DNA of 53,104 nucleotides from a bacterium (GTDB lineage: Bacteria > Patescibacteriota > JACMRA01). The notes beneath the pieces are model-generated. The model did not search any database. It saw nothing but the letters and a program-made list of their open reading frames with translations, and had not been told where the DNA came from. The stretch covers positions 1-53,104 of the forward strand of contig JAYWFY010000055.1 of NCBI GenBank assembly GCA_043778555.1, written 5' to 3'. A program made the position numbers and the translations under genes. Below are positions 48,361-53,104 of the stretch, in pieces (position 1 is the first letter of the stretch; each line of letters starts with the position of its first letter).

Positions 48361-48386
48361 CCTGCTCAATTTGAATTAAGTTGTTA
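48361..48386 (+). repeat. 26-nt repeat, second copy
   Basis: CCTGCTCAATTTGAATTAAGTTGTTA, compared with 23357-23382. Confidence 0.5.
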
Positions 48387-48401
48387 CTGGGCAAATATAA
48401 G

Positions 48402-48947
48402 TTACTTTGACTCAGAATACTCTGGGTAATTGTTGAGGTGTTTGGACACTTCGGATTCGGCGATGTCACGACCAAAGATACCTTCTACTATACACACTTT
48501 ATTTTGTAGTCGCTTGTAAGATGTAAAAAAATCTTGGATTTCTAGAAGAGTGTGCGGCTCAATGTCAGTCACTTCTTTGATATTGACAAAGCGCGGATCA
48601 TTGGTTGGTACGGCAAGAATGCAGTCATCTTGATCTCCAGAATCTATTTTTTTGATGATTCCAATAGCTCTAGCTTTGATAACGCAACCTGGTGAAACGG
48701 GGTTAGTCAAAAAAACAGCGACATCTAAAGCGTCTCCATCGGGGGCTTTGGTACTAGGAATAAATCCATAATTGAAAGGATAGAACTCACTAGAATATAA
48801 GACTCTGTCTAGGAATATCGCACCGGTTTTGGAATCAAGCTCATATTTGTTTTGTGAGCCATAAGGAATTTCAATAATAACATTGAACTCACTGACACTG
48901 CCAGAAGGAAGAAAATAGAGGTTGCTTGAGTGTGGGCAATGTGGCAT
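48402..48947 (-). CDS. ppa: Inorganic pyrophosphatase (family I)
   Basis: EIPYGSQNKYELD and DGDALDVAV motifs; start set at the first ATG. Confidence 0.9.
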   Translation of the reverse strand: MPHCPHSSNLYFLPSGSVSEFNVIIEIPYGSQNKYELDSKTGAIFLDRVLYSSEFYPFNYGFIPSTKAPDGDALDVAVFLTNPVSPGCVIKARAIGIIKKIDSGDQDDCILAVPTNDPRFVNIKEVTDIEPHTLLEIQDFFTSYKRLQNKVCIVEGIFGRDIAESEVSKHLNNYPEYSESK

Positions 48948-48960
48948 AAATAAATTAATT

Positions 48961-50322
48961 TTAAACAAATTTGGTTTTACTCAAAAGATATTCTAGTGAC
49001 TTGTTTCGTAGAATTATATCAAAAACCTGATCTTTGAGCTTGTCCCGTGATATACCTTTGTCATAGCCATATTTGGTAGGATCTTTGATGACTTCACTGA
49101 CATTCTGCTCCAATTCTTCCTCGCTAGTTTTATTGCTAACTTTTTGATAATAAACCACCATAAGAATTTTTGATAATGCAAACTCACCTCGAACGTACTT
49201 TGCTATTTCTATTTTGAGAGTTTTATCAGTCGCCTCGGTAGCAAATGGGAACTGAGCATCATTAAATGTTTTGACTGGATCTTGATTCTTACCAAACTCA
49301 ACAAACAACCTTTCTACTTCGGTGTTGGCTTGTTCTTCTTCTATTTGAACTTCTCCAATATCGGAGACCAAACGGTTGATAATTGCTTTTAGTTGTAGAT
49401 CTTTGACAAGGCTTTCAGTTTCTTGGGCGTATCGCTGTTCCAAATCAGCAACAAATTTTTCTTGCGACTCAAAGTTTTTTTGGACAAATTCTGATGATGC
49501 AAATAGTTCTTCAATTGTTTTGTATTTTTGGGCTTGGACAGATTTGATAATGATGTCAAAGTGGAACGGATTATCTTTGCCAATAGTTTTGTTAAAAATC
49601 GTGATATCAAAGTTTTTTTCTTCACCAGCTTGACTTCCCACTAAATTGGACTCAAATTGCTCTGGAAACTGACTGACACCTAGTCCAATTAAGGCATCTT
49701 TGGTGTCTTTGATCTCATCATTGAGCAAATTCTTTTCGGAGATATCTACAATTAATCTTGAGTTAATCTCTACCCCTTGATTGGTTTCCACGTATTCGTT
49801 AAAAGTATTGAGGAAATTGATTCTTTCTCGCACTGTGTAGTCTTTGAGGCTAGTACGATTTTTGATATCGCTAATAGAAGGTTTTTTAAGCTCTAAATTG
49901 TCAAGGACTTTGAGGTCTATTTTTGGTAAAAGATAAGCGTTGAGCTGAAATTTGAAACCCCCATCTACGTCTCCAATCGTCTCAGGATCTTGGGAAAGCG
50001 TTACGTTAATCAAGTTACGATCTTTAATTATCACTTCGTCTCGGATCATTTTTTCTGCCTCTACATAATTACGTGAAATAGCTTCGTTCCAAATCAAATT
50101 TTCTAAATATGGCAAATCAGCTTTGAGCATAGCTTTGTCTCGTGGAGCGTGTCCTTTGCGAAAACCAGGGATTTCTATGTTGGTCAAATATTGCTCAGTA
50201 ATACGATCTCTAAGACTAGAAAAGGTATCTTTATCTACTACAAAATTAACAGCAAATAAGTTGTCGTTGACAAAATTTTGGGTAACAATTGATAATTTGG
50301 CGGATATTGGATTTGTGGACAT
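48961..50322 (-). CDS. tig: Trigger factor
   Basis: IPGFRKGHAPR motif in the N-terminal domain; 453 aa. Confidence 0.8.
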   Translation of the reverse strand: MSTNPISAKLSIVTQNFVNDNLFAVNFVVDKDTFSSLRDRITEQYLTNIEIPGFRKGHAPRDKAMLKADLPYLENLIWNEAISRNYVEAEKMIRDEVIIKDRNLINVTLSQDPETIGDVDGGFKFQLNAYLLPKIDLKVLDNLELKKPSISDIKNRTSLKDYTVRERINFLNTFNEYVETNQGVEINSRLIVDISEKNLLNDEIKDTKDALIGLGVSQFPEQFESNLVGSQAGEEKNFDITIFNKTIGKDNPFHFDIIIKSVQAQKYKTIEELFASSEFVQKNFESQEKFVADLEQRYAQETESLVKDLQLKAIINRLVSDIGEVQIEEEQANTEVERLFVEFGKNQDPVKTFNDAQFPFATEATDKTLKIEIAKYVRGEFALSKILMVVYYQKVSNKTSEEELEQNVSEVIKDPTKYGYDKGISRDKLKDQVFDIILRNKSLEYLLSKTKFV

Positions 50323-50357
50323 ACTTTTATTTTTGTTTGAATCAATTTTTTTGTCAA

Positions 50358-51530
50358 CTAAAAAAGATGACGTGGATTGAGGCGAGCTTGCAAATTGTAT
50401 GTTGCAGATACAGATTTGATAATGTCACGAAGTTCAAAATATTGCGTATATTGGCGGGGAAATTTGATCAGTAAGTGGTGAGAAAACATACCTTTTCGCT
50501 TTAGGAATTTGGCTTGATATGGCATCCCGATTGTTATTTCTTTGAGTTGATTTTTGTATCCGAAGAGGTATTGCCGAGTTGAATTGATTTTTTGAGTGGA
50601 TTTTTCCTTGGATTTTTCTTGAGTCGTGAGTAAAACTAAGTTGTCAAAAGGTGGAAACTTGAACTTTTGTCGGTTTTTGGACTCTTCTACTACAAAACTA
50701 GTGTACCAATCAATTATGTTTGGAAGTGCTTTTTCTTTTTGCGTTGAATCAGTAGCTGTCTTGAGCTGGTTCTCATTTCCTTCCACCGAGCCACTCTTTA
50801 TCATTGACTGAACTGCTGAATTTTGTAGCTCTCTTTTTTGCCCCAAAGATTTTGTATCTAGTTCTACTTTCAACTCTTTGTCCAAGTCGGTGTCAAAGTT
50901 TGATTCAACTTCAATATCAAATCCTGTGTCAAAACTTTCACTATATGTTTGACTTGAGGCTGTGTCGCTGTTTAATTTTGCAAGCTCTACAAAAAAAGGA
51001 AGATCGGGATTGCTAGTTTCAAAAATTACCTCCGTACTTTTATCAAGCTGCAAAAATAACTCGGCTAGCGATCGATGCACATCTTCATTGACCAAATAGT
51101 CAGGGCTTGCCATTAGGTTTTGTGCTTGAATAAAAATAATCTTACCAAACCTGTTGTACTCCAGCGAAGGGTCAAATATTCTTGTCGTTACATAAACATA
51201 CTCTGATCCATAGTCAACAATAATTTTGGAATTGATTTTAATTACTGTTTTGGCAAAATCTTTGATGAGAAGCTCGATCAATTCGTCAACTCCTCCAAAA
51301 TTACTACCAATCTCAGTATTTTTGCACATTGGACAGACTTTTGGGTAGCTATAATAGCTCTGACACTGATGACAAAGTAGCTGCATATTGGTCTCATAGG
51401 TACGATAAGTCGTTAAGTTGCAATCGCAATTGTCACATCCAAATTTGTAGTGGCAAGATTGGCAAGTCGTGAGCTGAAACAAACCTCGCCTTGGATGGAC
51501 AAAAAGAATAGGCTTTGATAATGGCTTCAT
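50358..51530 (-). CDS. priA: Primosomal protein N' (PriA), C-terminal half only
   Basis: ILFVHPRRG followed by the Cys-rich zinc region C-x2-C...C-x2-C...C-x2-C...C-x2-C and the C-terminal domain. No Walker A or DEAH lobe. Confidence 0.65.
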   Translation of the reverse strand: MKPLSKPILFVHPRRGLFQLTTCQSCHYKFGCDNCDCNLTTYRTYETNMQLLCHQCQSYYSYPKVCPMCKNTEIGSNFGGVDELIELLIKDFAKTVIKINSKIIVDYGSEYVYVTTRIFDPSLEYNRFGKIIFIQAQNLMASPDYLVNEDVHRSLAELFLQLDKSTEVIFETSNPDLPFFVELAKLNSDTASSQTYSESFDTGFDIEVESNFDTDLDKELKVELDTKSLGQKRELQNSAVQSMIKSGSVEGNENQLKTATDSTQKEKALPNIIDWYTSFVVEESKNRQKFKFPPFDNLVLLTTQEKSKEKSTQKINSTRQYLFGYKNQLKEITIGMPYQAKFLKRKGMFSHHLLIKFPRQYTQYFELRDIIKSVSATYNLQARLNPRHLF

Positions 51531-51539
51531 AAAAAAGCA

Positions 51540-52178
51540 TTATAACACTACCATCACTGGCTGAATCAATTGATTATCTATTTTGAGTCCGAGACTAACT
51601 ACATACTTGACTTTAGCATCTTCATCGCTTGTTGGAGCCAAGGCTTGCATTGTCACGGGGTCAAAACTCTCCCCTGCTATTGGCAGTATCAAATCCACTC
51701 CTTGAAGTTTGTATTCTATGATTATTTTTTCAAAGCTAGAATTGAAGGCAGTAAAAGCCTTGAGGGATTTTTCGTCCGTAATATCTTTTATAAAATTAAG
51801 AGACAAATATTGGTTATTCAAAAACTCAAGAAGTGGTTTGATAGCATTTTTTTTTGTATTTTTTTTGGCTTGGGCAAGTTCTAACTCTTGGTGTTTTTTA
51901 TAGTTTTCAAGGTCAGCTACATATCTAAAAGCTTTATTTTGCCAATCTTTTGACTCTTCTTCTTTAGATTTTAACTGTCTTTGGAGGAGTTGGAGCTCGT
52001 TAATTTTAGTTTTTTCATCATTTACTTTTGGACTTTGGTCAACAATTTCTGACTGCTTTAATACAACTTTATTCTCATCAATTTCTAATTTTGAAATATT
52101 TTTTTCTACTTTGGTATTGGTTTGTTTTTGACTATTTTTGAGAATATTTAATTTTTTTATATTTTTAACTTTAGACAT
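51540..52178 (-). CDS. grpE: Nucleotide exchange factor GrpE
   Basis: RYVADLENYKK, PLLEFLNN and GESFDPVTMQA motifs. Confidence 0.8.
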   Translation of the reverse strand: MSKVKNIKKLNILKNSQKQTNTKVEKNISKLEIDENKVVLKQSEIVDQSPKVNDEKTKINELQLLQRQLKSKEEESKDWQNKAFRYVADLENYKKHQELELAQAKKNTKKNAIKPLLEFLNNQYLSLNFIKDITDEKSLKAFTAFNSSFEKIIIEYKLQGVDLILPIAGESFDPVTMQALAPTSDEDAKVKYVVSLGLKIDNQLIQPVMVVL

Positions 52179-52453
52179 ATTCTAATTGTATAGAAAATCA
52201 ATTTTTTAGTCAAATAGTTATAAACCTGACTACAATTAATACTAAAATGAAAAAGACAATCTAAATGCGAGTTCTTTTGTGATTTGGGTGTGGGTTCTAG
52301 TTTTAGCTTAGGTTTTTTGTTGGTTGCGGAGAAGATGAAAGTTCCATATGCAATCTCCTAATGACATAAATTGGTCATCACTAAATGGTAGTTTATGTCT
52401 AAACATGTGAGCAACAGAGTTAAGTCTCTTTAGACCTGAGTTCGCATGTTCTA

Positions 52454-52759
52454 CCTGAAATTGATTTTGACGATATTAGAACACTTCAGAATTTAGACTT
52501 TGAAAAGTTATCTGATACTGTCTATTAATACGCTAATTCTCAATGTGATATTTATTTTTACAAAGCTTATAGAAGAGCGGCTTTATTTGCTGAATATATC
52601 GATGAAGTAATGGAAAACTACCAATTTGAGGGTATTATGCCAAAAAATCAATCTTGTCCGTTCTATCACTTTATAGTTGGAGGACAAAATGAATTCTACT
52701 CACAATTTGCCAGATTTGTTTTGGAGGAGTTACAAACTTTTGTTGAAGGGCTAGCTTGA
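52454..52759 (+). pseudogene. Remnant ORF of unknown function with an in-frame TAA
   Basis: 102-codon frame PEIDFDDIRTLQNLDFEKLSDTVY*YANSQ...FVEGLA*, with the stop at 52526-52528 and no usable start. Confidence 0.35.
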
Positions 52760-52859
52760 AACCCTAGAGAATGATAAAACCCTATGCCATGAGGCGGTAT
52801 AGAGGGAAGCTCAGCTTTAAGTTACCATTTATAAAAATATATAGTATAATTTAGTCATT

Positions 52860-53081
52860 ATGGAACAGTCTTTCGAAAATTTAACACCATTAGTAGTACA
52901 AATTACCGAAAAATTACGAGTAATTAACCCAATAGTTTCAAAATTAGCAGACCAATCGCTTGATACAAAATTTAATCCTGATAAAGTTAATTATTGCGAC
53001 GGTTTTATTAAACAACCACCAACTGAAGTAGGTGGATTCATGCAACGCAGGGTTGCAGGTTGCCCACTGAAGGTGGGCTAG
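52860..53081 (+). CDS. Hypothetical 73-aa ORF whose 3' end runs into a GC-rich hairpin cluster
   Basis: Preceded by TTACCA, 17 nt, TATAAT, then 9 nt to the ATG. The last ~20 codons lie in structured, GC-rich sequence. Confidence 0.35.
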   Translation: MEQSFENLTPLVVQITEKLRVINPIVSKLADQSLDTKFNPDKVNYCDGFIKQPPTEVGGFMQRRVAGCPLKVG

Positions 53082-53104
53082 GCGTGGTCCAACCTTGGAT
53101 TAGA
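53016..53104 (+). other. Cluster of four GC-rich hairpins, truncated by the window edge
   Basis: CCACC..GGTGG (53016-53035), GCAAC..GTTGC (53042-53056), GCCCAC..GTGGGC (53062-53078), TCCAA..TTGGA (53088-53099). Composition contrasts sharply with the AT-rich flank. Confidence 0.5.

Noticed and set aside
52745-52795. GGGCTAGCTTGAAACCCTAGAGAATGATAAAACCCTAT resembles a preQ1-I riboswitch (short stem, CTAGCT loop, A-rich tail)
   Set aside because: It overlaps the end of a broken ORF. The downstream 73-aa ORF is not a known queuosine gene, and the pseudoknot pairing is only 3 nt. A model scan would be needed before calling it.

Overview
AT-rich, gene-dense bacterial chromosome segment. The gene content and a divergent 16S suggest a reduced-genome, CPR/Patescibacteria-like organism using the standard code. 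Stable RNAs supported directly by sequence: tmRNA, RNase P RNA (type A), an unlinked 16S rRNA with a long processing stem, and tRNA-Leu(TAA), Asn(GTT), Cys(GCA), Lys(CTT) and Pro(TGG). Recognisable proteins include HU, an envelope glycosylation cluster (2 acyltransferase-3, a Dpm1-like GT2, 2 GT-C), GAPDH, PurN, PepA, HisRS, RecF, SmpB, YqgF, PyrD, an M23 peptidase, MltG, L28, an ATL protein, Ppa, trigger factor and GrpE, plus many secreted or membrane hypotheticals. Mobile and repeat content: one IS30-family element, three copies of a ~102-nt TIR-bounded element, two families of short hairpin repeats (one copy sits inside a methyltransferase gene that changes frame there) and a decayed vapBC-like locus. 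I found no CRISPR array, reverse transcriptase or recognisable defence operon. The items most worth a second look are: (1) five housekeeping genes present only as fragments (lysS N-terminus, recJ middle, dnaE C-terminus, dus N-terminus, priA C-terminus) packed tightly against their neighbours; (2) an uncharacterised two-gene module plus ~560 nt of non-coding DNA between tRNA-Lys and the 16S gene; (3) the repeat families; (4) a GC-rich multi-hairpin segment cut off by the right edge of the window. All functional calls come from by-eye motif recognition; no searches were run.
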